Below are positions 39,427-51,100 of a stretch of DNA of 64,000 bases, in pieces. Position 1 is the stretch's first letter, and every line of letters begins with the position of its first letter. The notes under the pieces are model-generated. The model searched no databases. It was not told the origin of the DNA and saw nothing but the letters and a program-made list of their open reading frames with translations. The DNA comes from Vitrella brassicaformis CCMP3155 (lineage: Eukaryota > Protista > Chromerida): positions 54,949 to 118,948 of the forward strand of contig CDMY01000328.1 in NCBI GenBank assembly GCA_001179505.1, read 5' to 3'. The translations under genes were made by a program, and so were the position numbers.

Positions 39427-40193
39427 ACCAATATACACAGACACTTTACCAGACAGACAGACGGAGGGTTGTAGCACTTTCGGTAGTCAGATGCACGTGG
39501 GTGGCATGGGATGGATGGATGGATGGTAGCTAGGTTAGCCAAGCCTTCCTTTGCTCAAGCGACACAAACCGACAAACCCACAAACCCACAGAGACACCGA
39601 CGAGCGGGCGGGAAAGACACTCTGGGAAGGTGAGGAGCTGGGGGTGGAGGTAGACAGACTGCTGGAGATCGGTGGCTAGAATGTTGCACACATGAATGAA
39701 TGAGTGGACTCTATGCATCTGTGTGTGTGTGTGTGTGTGTGTATTGTGTGCTACTTGAATCGTTCGTTGATGGATGTATGTGTTGCCCACCACGGCTCTT
39801 CACTCACTCGCACCACACGCGCGTCTCGGAAAAGGTACACCCACAGATAAGATGCGTTTGTCTGTCTGCCTGTCTGTCTGTCTGCACACCAAACCCACCC
39901 CCGCCTACCCACAACAGCCAGCCCATCGGTCTGATCTATCTGTACACATGGCCGGCCATTGAACTTAATGAATGTTGCATTGCAACGAGAGCGCTAGACA
40001 AGGGCGGGGCGGCCCCCTCCCCTGATTGGTGTCTTGCCGTCGATGCATCCGATGCCAGCACCTGTCTGTCTTATATGCTGACATATGCTGACCACTTGAC
40101 ATGGCTATGGCTGGCTATCACCATCGGCAAGACACCAAAGAGCACGCCAGCCAGACACACAATGCATCCATCACACTGCAGCCAGTCATTCGT

Positions 40194-42024
40194 TCACGGC
40201 TTCTCGTATGCGGCCATGTAGTTGACCCGTGCGAAGGGCTCCTGCACAAACTGACGCACAACCGGGATGTAACTCACACCCTGACAGACAGACAGACAGA
40301 CAGACACACAAATACCAAAACACATGAATGACGATGGACGGACAAGCGCACCCACCCATTTATTCACCTACCTGGATTTCGATTTTCCTCATTCCGCTGA
40401 GTTTGGCGAGGTTGTCCAGGTGCTTGGGGGTCACGAACTTGGACCAATCGTGGGTGCCCTGACAGACAGACAGACAGACAGACAGAGAGGTAAACAGATA
40501 GACAGCGGTGGTCGTGCCGATGGGTGGGTGTCCTCTGTGTGTGTGTGCGTGTGTGTGTGTGTCCAGCTAGCTACCTTTGGCACGATGCCTGTGACGTATT
40601 CTGCGCCCACAATGGCCAGGAGGTAGCTCTCGGGCGTCCGGTTGAGGGTCGTCACGACCAACACACCACCTGCACCCCCACCCACCCACACACACACACA
40701 CACACACGCAGACACTCGTCGTGAAGCTTGATGTGACGGGTGTCCATCCGTGTGTATGTGTGTGTGTGTGTGTCGGACCGTTGCCCTTGACGCATCGCGT
40801 GCAGCCGTAGAAGAAGCCCTCAATGTCGTCAACGTGCTCGATGATCTCACTCGCCACAACCACATCAAACGGGGCAACCGAATCGCCGACCTGACACACA
40901 CACACACACACAGACGTATACACACACAGCTGCGGCAGCATGTGTGTCTGTCTGTCGCCTAACTTAACTTACCTCTTCGCCTTTTTCGACTTTCTGTTGG
41001 TGGTCCTTGACGCTGTCGGCGACGTCGCCGATCTCACCGTGGCTGAAGGACAGCCGAGATGCGAATCCCTCCGACCTGCACGTGATGGATGCAGCCCATG
41101 CACAACATCCCCGTGTCTGTCTGTGTTTGTGTGTGTCTGTGTGTGGATGCGATGTACCCGAACGATTGCCTTCTTTGTTCGGCGACTTTGACGCTCTCCT
41201 CACTCATGTCGATGCCCGTCACCTCCCCGCCCTGCGGTGAATGCGCACGTGTGCATGGAGATGGATCGGTGTGTGCACGGCAATCAAATCGGTGCAGTGC
41301 AGTGCAGCAGGTGTGCATATGATGGGCACTGCACTGCCAACCATTCTGGCCATCGCCTCAGACAGAATGCCGCCCCCACACCCGATATCCAATATCCTGC
41401 ACACACAGCACACACAACAGACAGACAGACAGACAGACAGACATACGTATGCGCACACACATGCCAACCCCCCAGCTAACGTGCAGGCACCTGAGCCCCT
41501 TGAGTGGTTCCATTTTGTCGGTTTCTTTGCCCTTGAGTGCATGCTTCTTGATGAAGGCCAGACGGGTCGGGTTGTAGTCGTGCAGACCTAACACACCGAC
41601 CGACCGACACACGGACATGCAATGCACGTGCGTACACAGACAGACAGACAGACAGCCGTGCTTGCCTTGCCTTAATTGCCTCTGTGCAACCACCGTCACC
41701 ATCCCACCTACATACCTGCGAAAGGGCCGTTCGGGTCCCACCATTCCTTCGCCTGAAAGGGCATGATGCGATGAATGACCGCATACACACGGTCTGTGTC
41801 CACCGTGGGTGCCCTGCTCAGCTCACCATTTCATTGAACTTTTTGATCTCATCCGGCGAGGCCGTCTTGGCAGATGCGCCCGATGACGCCGATGAAGACA
41901 TGCGCCGAACGCGTGTAAACGGCCGCAGGAACAGCAACAGGCCTGACGACAGCGCCTTCATCTGGGATGCGGAGAGCGGTTTCACGGAATATGGCAGATT
42001 TGTTTGTGAGGCGTCCTTATCCAT
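40194..42024 (-). CDS. COQ3: Ubiquinone biosynthesis O-methyltransferase (UbiG/Coq3), mitochondrial
   Basis: EIKKF, EWWDPNGPF, LHDYNPTRLAFI, ILDIGCGGGILSEAMAR, FDVVVASEIIEHV, TTLNRTPESYLLAIVGAEY, GTHDWSKFVTP, VNYMAAYEKP-stop. Confidence 0.95.
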
Positions 42025-42415
42025 CGGTGTGAGGTGCGTGTGTGTGTGGCCAGCTAGCTACTTGCATTGCCTGGCGTGTGTGGGGTAGGACATACATGTT
42101 TGATTGACGAGTGACTGGGGCATGCAGCCACCGTACGTACATCATGTGCATGTCTGTGTATGGGTCCACATCTTCACGCCGTATCATTGCAATCATGAAT
42201 GCGAATCGCCCCCCTCAGCTGTCGACCAGTCTAGTCACAGGCAAGCATGGACAATCCCAATGGACGGATGGATAACGACATCCCTCTGTACCACATCACC
42301 ACGACAGACCACACAGACAGACGACAGAAAGACAGACATATGAGGGGCGTGCAGCGGCCTCTTTTGCATCGTCCTGGCTGCCCTCACCGTGTTGCGTCAT
42401 CTGTGTGTCTGTCCT

Positions 42416-44320
42416 CTACGGCGCCTGTCCGTCGAGCAAGACCGGTGCGACAGGGCCCAACGACCGCCGAGCCAGCCATGCCGTGCGCTGATACCTGGCG
42501 GGGAACGGATCGCCCGGACTGCCCACCGGCTGCTCAGTCGTCACCAGAGTGACACTCACTGCCACATGGGAGGAGGGACAGACAATGAGACTGTCTGCCT
42601 GTCTGTCCGCACTCGCGGCTCTCGCTCACCATTCTGACGGTCATCAGGAACGACCCAGAATTGGACCCACGCTGTGAAGGGGTCGTCGAAGGCCGTCAGC
42701 AGATGAATGTGTTCTACCTCTGCATCGCCCCCTGCCGACGCCACGATAGCTGAGCATCCGTCCAGTGGTGTGTGGGGCGACCGTGTCAGCACGCCGTCCA
42801 AATAGCCACCCCCAGCATCACTACACACATCCACACACACACAGACAGCGATCCACTGCCACGTCCCATGTGTGCTTCGGAGAGTACCTATCGATCGATG
42901 TCCATGCGCATCTGGTGGACCTGGACGCCGCTCTCGTCGTAATGGTGCTTGATCATCTCCACGATGAAGGCGCTCATCGACGCATCGGTGTTCTCATCCG
43001 CGTTTGCCGCCCAGCTGCCGCCGCGGTAGAACCAGATGGTCGACTAGACGGGCAGGTCATCTGGCTTGATGTGCTGCTGGAAGGGGTGCTGCTGCAGGGG
43101 GTGCAGCATATTGGTGGACAGGGGCGGGTTGAGGGTGATGGCGAACCCGGGCTCGTCGCGGATGGTGCGGATCTCGTTGATGGTATTGTCACGGAAGAGC
43201 TCGAAGGTGCCATCCTGCTGGCCATTGGCACGACGGAAGGCCACGTGCCGACCAACGACCATCCACTGGGCTGTCACACGGGGCATCGACAAATAGGCCT
43301 GACACACAGGAACACACGACGATGGATGCAAGAAGATGCAGCCTGTTCTCCCCCTGCTGTGTGAGGTGATGTGCCCCCTTACCGTCTTGGTGTCGTGCTT
43401 CTGCAGGTCTACAGCGTCGATGGTAATGGGCAGTTGGCAATAGCCACACTGGCCCGCCACCCGCAGTCCATTGCCCACCTCTCCCCAGCTGCCGCCCTCC
43501 TCCATCAGCCACAGCGCCTTCATCACACCACCGTCGCCCAGCTGAGGCGCAAACCGCACCACACCCGTCAGACCCGCCTTGTCCACGGCGACGGTCAGCC
43601 GGCGACGAAGGGCCATCTTGACGTGATAGTTGACGAGTGGTGCAGTCGTCTTGAGGCAGCCGACGCCCTGCAGGTCTGTCGATGTCTGCAGACGAGCCAT
43701 GGCGTCGGCCGAGAGGTCATCTAACTTGGCCTGACCATAACAGACACAAACAGCGCATCCGCTCGGAATTGTATCTGTTTGTATGCTCACTGACCGATGC
43801 AGCAGTGCGTCGCTGGGGGAAGGTGGCCGACTTGACGAGGGCCTTGAGCGAGGCCTTCAACTTGGCGTACTGATACAACGCAGCTATCATGTGGAGCGAA
43901 CAGTCCTGCAGCCATGAATGACACAATCGGACAGCGGCAGAGCGTGTGAACCATCTTTATCGTGCAGATGTCCAGACAGACATACGTGCGATGAGAGATC
44001 TGACGCGTCCAGTGCGGACAAGCGGTACATCAGGCAGCTTATCTGCAGGGACCACCACAGGGCAAGCAAGAGCGAGAGGCAGGCAGGCAGGTCTCCTTCC
44101 AATGAATCAAAAGGTCAATGTTTCGTACCTCGGAGTGCTTCTGCTCCAGGTCAGACAGCATCGTGGCCACCTCCACGACGGCAAGGCTCTCAACTGCTAA
44201 GGCGGCGGGCTCAGTGGGCCCTGGCTTTTCATTTTCAGAATTCCGCGTGAAACTCTTTTGGGTCGGTGGATCGTAGCTGCCCATGAAGATCAAAACTTTC
44301 GGTGAAAATGCATACATCAT
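42416..44320 (-). pseudogene. Probable pseudogene (or mis-assembled gene) of an unknown protein family
   Basis: Coding-like frame interrupted by an in-frame TAG at 43044-43046 and a second TAG at 42888-42890 at an exon end. Removing one copy of the duplicated CGAT there restores the splice phase into the next exon. 5' extent is uncertain. Confidence 0.5.
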
Positions 44321-45022
44321 CCATTGTCACGCCGCCAACCATTACCGCGTCTTCATTGGGTCGCCTGCCGTGATGCTCTCTCCCTCCCCGCCACACGCAC
44401 ACAGCCTGACAACGCATTGGGCTGGGCGAGAGAATGCATCAAGGCAGAAGCGTCGGCGTTTGGTTGTGTGATGGCCTGCCTGTGTTGTTCGCCGCCGGCC
44501 ACCGGACGTCATCGATCACGTGTTATGTCGACGAGTGATTGATGGCATCTGGGAGTACAACGACAACAACACCAGGCAGACCACAACACGGCCAGACGAA
44601 CACACATCAACAGCTAAGCTGGTGCTGCGAAAAGACAGACAGACAGACGCACCGCGCCACAAAAATACTCACTCACGTATGGCCGCTAAGGTCGGTGGCA
44701 TCGCAGCAAGCAAGCACATGATGGCACGAGCGTTAGTCGAGCAGGCCGAGGCTGGCTGGTCGTCACACACACACACCCCTCCCCCTCCCCTCTCTCTCAC
44801 CCACACACATACATTCACTTCACTGCAGCAGAAAGCTACTCACGCATAGCGTTCCATCCATCCATCCATCAATCGCCCCCCCCACCCCCTGTACAAGCAG
44901 ACGCGCAACGACCGGCCTGCCTACCATCGATCTCTCTCGACTTCTCTCTGCCCATTCATGTGAAACTGTACGCAGCCATGTATGGTATTGTATGTGTGTA
45001 CGGGAGGGAATGGATGGCGCGT

Positions 45023-45102
45023 TTATGACCACCAGGGGGTCTCGCCGGTGCGGAAGTCCTCCTCGCTTTTCTTCCACTCCTTGAACACAATCTGCACACA
45101 CA

Positions 45103-45138
<36 letters not shown>

Positions 45139-46175
45139 TAAAGCCAGGAGCGTGGATGTGTGTCTTTCGCGGTGGGAAAGAGCGTATCACTCACCCCTCC
45201 CTTGTCGTCGGCTTCCACGTGGGCGAGGGCCAGCGACAGAGGGGCAGGGCCACGCACAACCTGCACACACACACACGTGTCCAATGTCTGTCTGTCGCGC
45301 AACCTGCATGGTGCGGCATCTCTCGACAATCAGTGAGTGGCTCGCCTCTCCCACATACCTTTCCATTAGCGTCGTATTGGGATCCGTGGCATGGGCAGAT
45401 GAACCTGTTCTGGGCGGCATTCCACGGCACCACGCACCCGAGATGTGTGCACACCGCGTTGATGCCGAAGTCTTTCACGTTCGTCTTCTCGTCGTTGACC
45501 ACAAGATAGTACGCATCGCCTGCACACACACACACACACACAGAGAGAGAGAGACCCAATCCAACCCTGATTGACACATAGACCCCCTCCCTCCCTCTCC
45601 CTCCCTCCCCCCCGTCTCTGCGTACCCTTGATGCCCTGGACGAGCTCCCTGTCGCCCGCATTGTGGCTGGCGAGCCACTGCTTGACCGTCACCTGGTTGC
45701 CCACTCGGTCGAGTGCCGGCACACCAGCACCCGCGCCGCCCTTCTTGCTGGGCGGCACGAAGAACCCCAGGTAGAAGTATGCCGCCTGGAGGATGGGCAA
45801 GCCGACCGCCCCAAGTGTGAGGGCGTTGAGGATGTTGCGCCTGTCCATATCGGCAGGGGGTGCGCCGAGGTTCTCCTCGCCAGCCGTGGCCATCAAGAGG
45901 GTCTCGCCCCGTGCTTGGCACAGGTCAGAGCACCTCTGCACTGCGTTGGACAGACCACTGCTGACGCCAAAGGGGGTGGGGGGGACGAAGGCAGATGTGT
46001 CACGCTGCCTCAGAGAGGCACTCAGACCTGAGATCACATGACACAAGCCATCAACCGACGGATAGATATGCAGCACTCACTCACAGATCTCTGACGCATG
46101 CCATGCGTGTGTGTGTGCGGTGACCTCACCAGTAGCCACGAGGCAGAGAAAGACGGCACCCACGAGTGAGTTCAT
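45023..46175 (-). CDS. petC: Cytochrome b6f Rieske iron-sulfur subunit, plastid-targeted (bipartite presequence)
   Basis: [16 protein letters not shown]|LSA...TSAFVPP presequence; RRNILNAL; [15 protein letters not shown]; [11 protein letters not shown]; [14 protein letters not shown]; [11 protein letters not shown]-stop. Confidence 0.97.
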
Positions 46176-46314
46176 TTTCAAAATCACCGATGCACGCGTT
46201 GCGGCAGAGATCTGTGCTGCCGATGGCCCGTCCTGTCGTGTGCAGTCTTCCCTGCTTGTGAGTGGCACAAGGCTCCTTCCTCACAGCCAGTGGCCAAAGG
46301 CGACCAACGCCTTT

Positions 46315-46325
46315 TGCGAGCTTAG
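46315..46325 (-). promoter_or_regulatory. Upstream motif copy (sense CTAAGCTCGCA)
   Basis: TGCGAGCTTAG on the plus strand, 140 bp upstream of the petC ATG. Confidence 0.55.
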
Positions 46326-46571
46326 CCACGAGACGTAAATGCGCTTGTGCGAAATGCTCTCGCCGTGTGGCTCGTGATGGCATCGTGTTCGTTCATAGGC
46401 TGCACCGCAGCTGTTTTTGTTTGCGTGTGAGGCAGAGAGATCTGGAGAGAGTTGCTGTGCGCGCATATCAACATGACTGAGAGTACGAATCATGACATCG
46501 TTATGACGCACTGAGTGTGCGTATCATATTATCACACACGTAGTGTAGTCGGCCGCGAGTCGTTCGTCTGT

Positions 46572-47754
46572 CTACTTGTGGTAGTTGGTGCCCTTGCGGA
46601 TCTCCACCGCTCGGTACAGCTGCGCACAGCCAAACAACACAGAGAATACCAATTGGCAAAAGACACGTAGGCATGTGCATTTGCACGCACCTGCTCATAG
46701 AGTATCAGCCGCGCCAGCTCGTGAGGGAAGGTCATGCGGGACAGACTCACATAGCTGCACTCACACACACCGACACACATGTGAGTGAGCACGTGGCAGC
46801 GCCCCTGCACGTACCGTACTCGACCACTCAGCTGGCCCGTCTTGGGCCGCAGTGCGTCGGGCAGTCCCTCTGCACCGCCTGCACACACAACACATACCAA
46901 ACAAGCGTATGCACACATGTACGTGCGTGCACGTGTGTTGGTGTCGTGTGGATGTGATGTGGGTACCGATGACGACGGACACCCGTGAGCCGCCTTGCTG
47001 CAGCAGGCTGTACAAGAGGCCGCTGAACGACTCGCTCGTGTGCTCATCACCCTGCACACACACACACACGACGATGGATGGATGGATGGATGGATGGATA
47101 CAGACGCGCATTCATACCTGCACATCAAGGCACACGACTGCGTGCTGCTTTGAGAGGTCCCTCTGTACACATGACACCAACGAGTCATCCTGAGAGCGTG
47201 TACGTGGCCACATGCGCACCACACCGTCGGGCCACATCATGCTGGATGGGGTCATGTGGTGTGCGTGTGTGGCTGGTTGCTTCTATACGTTGGCGGCCCA
47301 TTCGGTCTTGACGTCGAGTGCTGACCGCATCCGCACACGATACTGCTCGCAGCCGATGTCCTGAATGAATGAATGCACTCAGACGGACAAACACTCACAC
47401 CGAGAGGGGGCATGCACACACGCATCTGTGGTATATGGTGCGCACCTGCCATGTGCCTTTCTTGGTGCATTTGCCCCGAATGCGCACAGTCACCTCACAG
47501 ACCATACGCACCTGCACACACACACATATATACGCACATGCCCGCACAGAGGAGAGAATGACGAACGTGGCTGCTGATGGCCTGGCCGGCCATTCATCCA
47601 ATTTATGCGCCAACATACATACATACATACATACATACATACACACATTGCAACGCGTTGTACAGCCATCCGCCCGCCTCATATGTACACGATAGCCTTC
47701 ACAGCAGCCACACAAGCACCACATCAGTGCACTCATCAGCACAAGTTCGCGCAT
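46572..47754 (-). CDS. rlmH: 23S rRNA m3-pseudouridine-1915 methyltransferase (SPOUT, RlmH) homolog, probably plastid-targeted
   Basis: Spliced GCEQYRVRM, VVCLDVQ|GDEHTSESFSGLL, VVIG|GAEGL, LSRMTFPHELARLILYEQ|LYRAVEIRKGTNYHK-stop. N-terminus MRELVLMSALMWCLCGCCEG-Y is signal-peptide-like. Confidence 0.88.
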
Positions 47755-47861
47755 CCTTCTTCAATGATGCCAAGCGGAGATCTCCATCCCAATCGCCTCA
47801 TACGACATCACTAGCAAGGTGGCGTCGCTCATTTGCCTCATTTGGCCTCGAGTTTGGTGCC

Positions 47862-47895
47862 TGCGAGCTTAGCTTGAGCCTACCTTTAGCTCGCA
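47862..47895. promoter_or_regulatory. Back-to-back pair of motif copies in the rlmH/SARDH divergent spacer
   Basis: TGCGAGCTTAG at 47862-47872 (sense for rlmH) and TAGCTCGCA at 47887-47895 (sense for SARDH). Confidence 0.6.
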
Positions 47896-47957
47896 CATTT
47901 TCTCAAGCGAAGTTCCGCGGTCACAGCCGTGCTTCTGTAGGCTCACAGAGCCCAGAC

Positions 47958-48157
47958 ATGTTGAGTAGCGGTCGGTTGTGTTGGCCGTTGCTGGCCACCG
48001 GGAGATCAGCCGCTGGCTGTGTGAGGCTGCTGGCCGGCAACGCTCACAGACTCAGCAGGTATGACACACACACCATCATCCTGTGCAGATGCGAGTCCAT
48101 TTGCGTGCACATCTGGCCTTCCCACTCATTGCGTGTGCTTCTGTCACGCGGCTCTTT

Positions 48158-48194
<37 letters not shown>

Positions 48195-51100
48195 AGGTGT
48201 TTCTCGTCATCTGTGGGTGATGGCTCATTGCCCGAGAGTGCTGACGTAGTCATTGTGGGCGGCGGAGGTGAGCGAAACATACACACACTGCCAACAGAGA
48301 TGTATGTTTCTGTCTGTCTGTCTGTCATGTGTGTGTGTCAGCCATTGGCACGTCTGTGTTCTACCACTTGGCCAAGAGGGGCATCACCAATGTGGTGCTG
48401 CTCGAGAGGGACAAACTCACCGCTGGTACAGACAGACAGACAGACGTGGATGCACATGCCTGCTGTGTGTTGGTTGATGCAGGGACGACGTGGCACTCTG
48501 CGGGCCTGTATTGGTGCCTCAGGCCAAATGACACCGAGATACAGGTGAGTGGGTATCGTGTGTGTGTGTGGACGTGTGTGAGCATGTTTGTTGTGGTGTG
48601 GCGTGTGTCGTATGTGCAGCTGTTGTCCAAAACCCGCGAGCTGGTCAAGAAGGACGGCATACTCGAACAGGAAACCGGTATGTATGTATGCCATTCTGTG
48701 CGAGGTTGCGGACACACAAGGGCAGCTCATTTCGCATTGTGTGTGTGTGTGTGTGCAGGTCTGTCTACGTTCACGCCCAACGGTGGTCTGTTCACGGCAT
48801 CGACCAAGGAGAGGCTCGACGAGTACAAACGACTCAGGTCGGTGAGCTCAGTGAGCCTTGTGCACATCACATGCACTCACACACACACACATACATGCAT
48901 ACATACGCGTGTGTGCGTGTCCTTCATGCAATGCAATGCAGCACTGTTGGCAAGTACTACGGCATTGAGAGCCATGTGCTGACCCCCGCACAGACGCAAG
49001 ACATATACCCGCTCATCAACACAGGTAGGTTGGGGAGGCTGGATGACAGACAGGCAGACAGACAGACAGATTCTTGGCTGTGCAGAGGACCTCTACGGTG
49101 CATTGTACTCCCCGGGCGATGGGCTGATTGAGCCCTCTGGCGTCACGGTACGGACACACAAACACGCACACACACACACACATGTGTGTGTGTGTGTTTA
49201 TCCATGAGTGTGTGTGTGCAGCAAGCCTACACGAAGGGCGGCAAGCAGAGAGGGGGGAAGGTCTTTGAGGAGACCCCTGTCACCGGTGAGCTCATTGTGA
49301 GGGAGGGTGCGTTCGTCCGTCCGTCCGTCTGCACATGTGCCTATGTGATGTGATTGATGTGCGGATCCATCCATCCATCGGTGTGCTGTGCTTGTGTGTG
49401 TCCGTACTTACTTCCTGACAGGTCTGCAGAAGCAAGGCAACCGGATCACCGCTGTCGAGACCACACGAGGCACTATCAAGGTACACACACACACAAGGCA
49501 CACAAGGCACACACGTGTGAAGGCTTGTATGTCTCTGTCCACACACATGATGCAGACCTCCCTGCTGGTCAACGCTTGTGGCGTCTGGTCACCGAAGGTC
49601 GCACACATGGCCGGTGCGTATCCCCCGCATAGCACATGGACGGCGGTGTGGTGGATGGTTCCATCCATCCATCCATCCATCCGTGTGTGGACACGATGTG
49701 TGTGTTTACATCAGGTGCGCACTGCCCGTTGGCCGCCATGAAGCACGCCTATGTGGTCACACAGCCCATCGAGGGTCTTGGCTTCGTCCCCAACATACGG
49801 GACCATGACCAAAGCGTGTACCTGAAGCTGCAGGTACACATCCATCATATGGGCGGGCAGGGCGTGGTTGTGTCGGCGAGACGAGGCGAATGTGTGTCCA
49901 TGTCATGTGTGTGTGCGTGCGTGCGTGTGACGACACACCACACCACACGACACAGGGCAGTTGTCTGGCCATCGGTGGCTACGAGCAGGATCCAGATTTC
50001 TGGGTGAGTGAGTGTCGCTGGGCGGGCGGGCGGCGGCTGTGAGCGGTGCATAGCTATGCTGTCTGTTGATCTGTGCAGGACGATGTGAAGGATTCGTTTG
50101 CCTTTGGGCTGTTTGACCTAAACTGGGTGGGTACACAGGCACCACACACACACACACACACACACAAAGAGAGAGAGAGAGAGAGGGGCATAGATGTCTG
50201 TCCTGTCCACACGCAGGACATCTTCGAGGCCCACATCAACGCACACGTCAAGAGGTACACACACACATAGATGGCTGGCTGGATGCTTCCATGTATGTAT
50301 GCACCATACACACACACAGGGTGCCGTCAGTCGAGTCTGCGGGCATCCAGCACACCGTCTGCGGACCCGAGAGGTACCCAATCCACTTTAGGCACACACA
50401 CACACACACAGGTGTCTGTCTGCGTATGTGTCTGCACCTGCTGCACAGTTTCACGCCTGACCACAAGCCGCTGGTGGGCTACACGCCCGACTGTGAGAAC
50501 CTCTTCCTCGCCTGTGGATACAACAGCGCAGGTCTGTGATGTGTGATGATGCAGTCACTCGTGCTGTGTCCATGCTTGCAGTGCCACTCTCTGTCTCCCT
50601 GTGGGTGTGTGGTGTGGTCTGGTGTGGTGTGTTGTGGTGTGGTGTATGCATTTGCAGGGATCATGCTGAGTGGCGGCCATGGCGACCAGATTGCCCAGTG
50701 GATTGACCAGGGATACACCGACATCGACATGTACGGACGGACACAGACAGACAGACACAGACACACTCACTCACGGATGCCATGCCCTCCCTGTGTGTGC
50801 AGGTACTCGTCAGACATCACACGGTTCCACCAGTCGTATACCAACAACACCAAGTGGGTCAAGGACAGGTCGCACGAGGCCTACGCCAAGAACTACTCAG
50901 TTGTATACCCTCACGACCAGCCTCTGGCAGGACGGTACGGTCGGTACACATACATGCACACACACACACACGTTCATGCCTTCACACACAGGTCTGTCTG
51001 CACGTGTGTTGTGTATGAGGTGACTGTGTTGTGTGTGCAGGTTGCTGCGGAAGTCGCCTTTTTATGACCGGCTGATCCAGCAGGCACCCACACACGGAGA

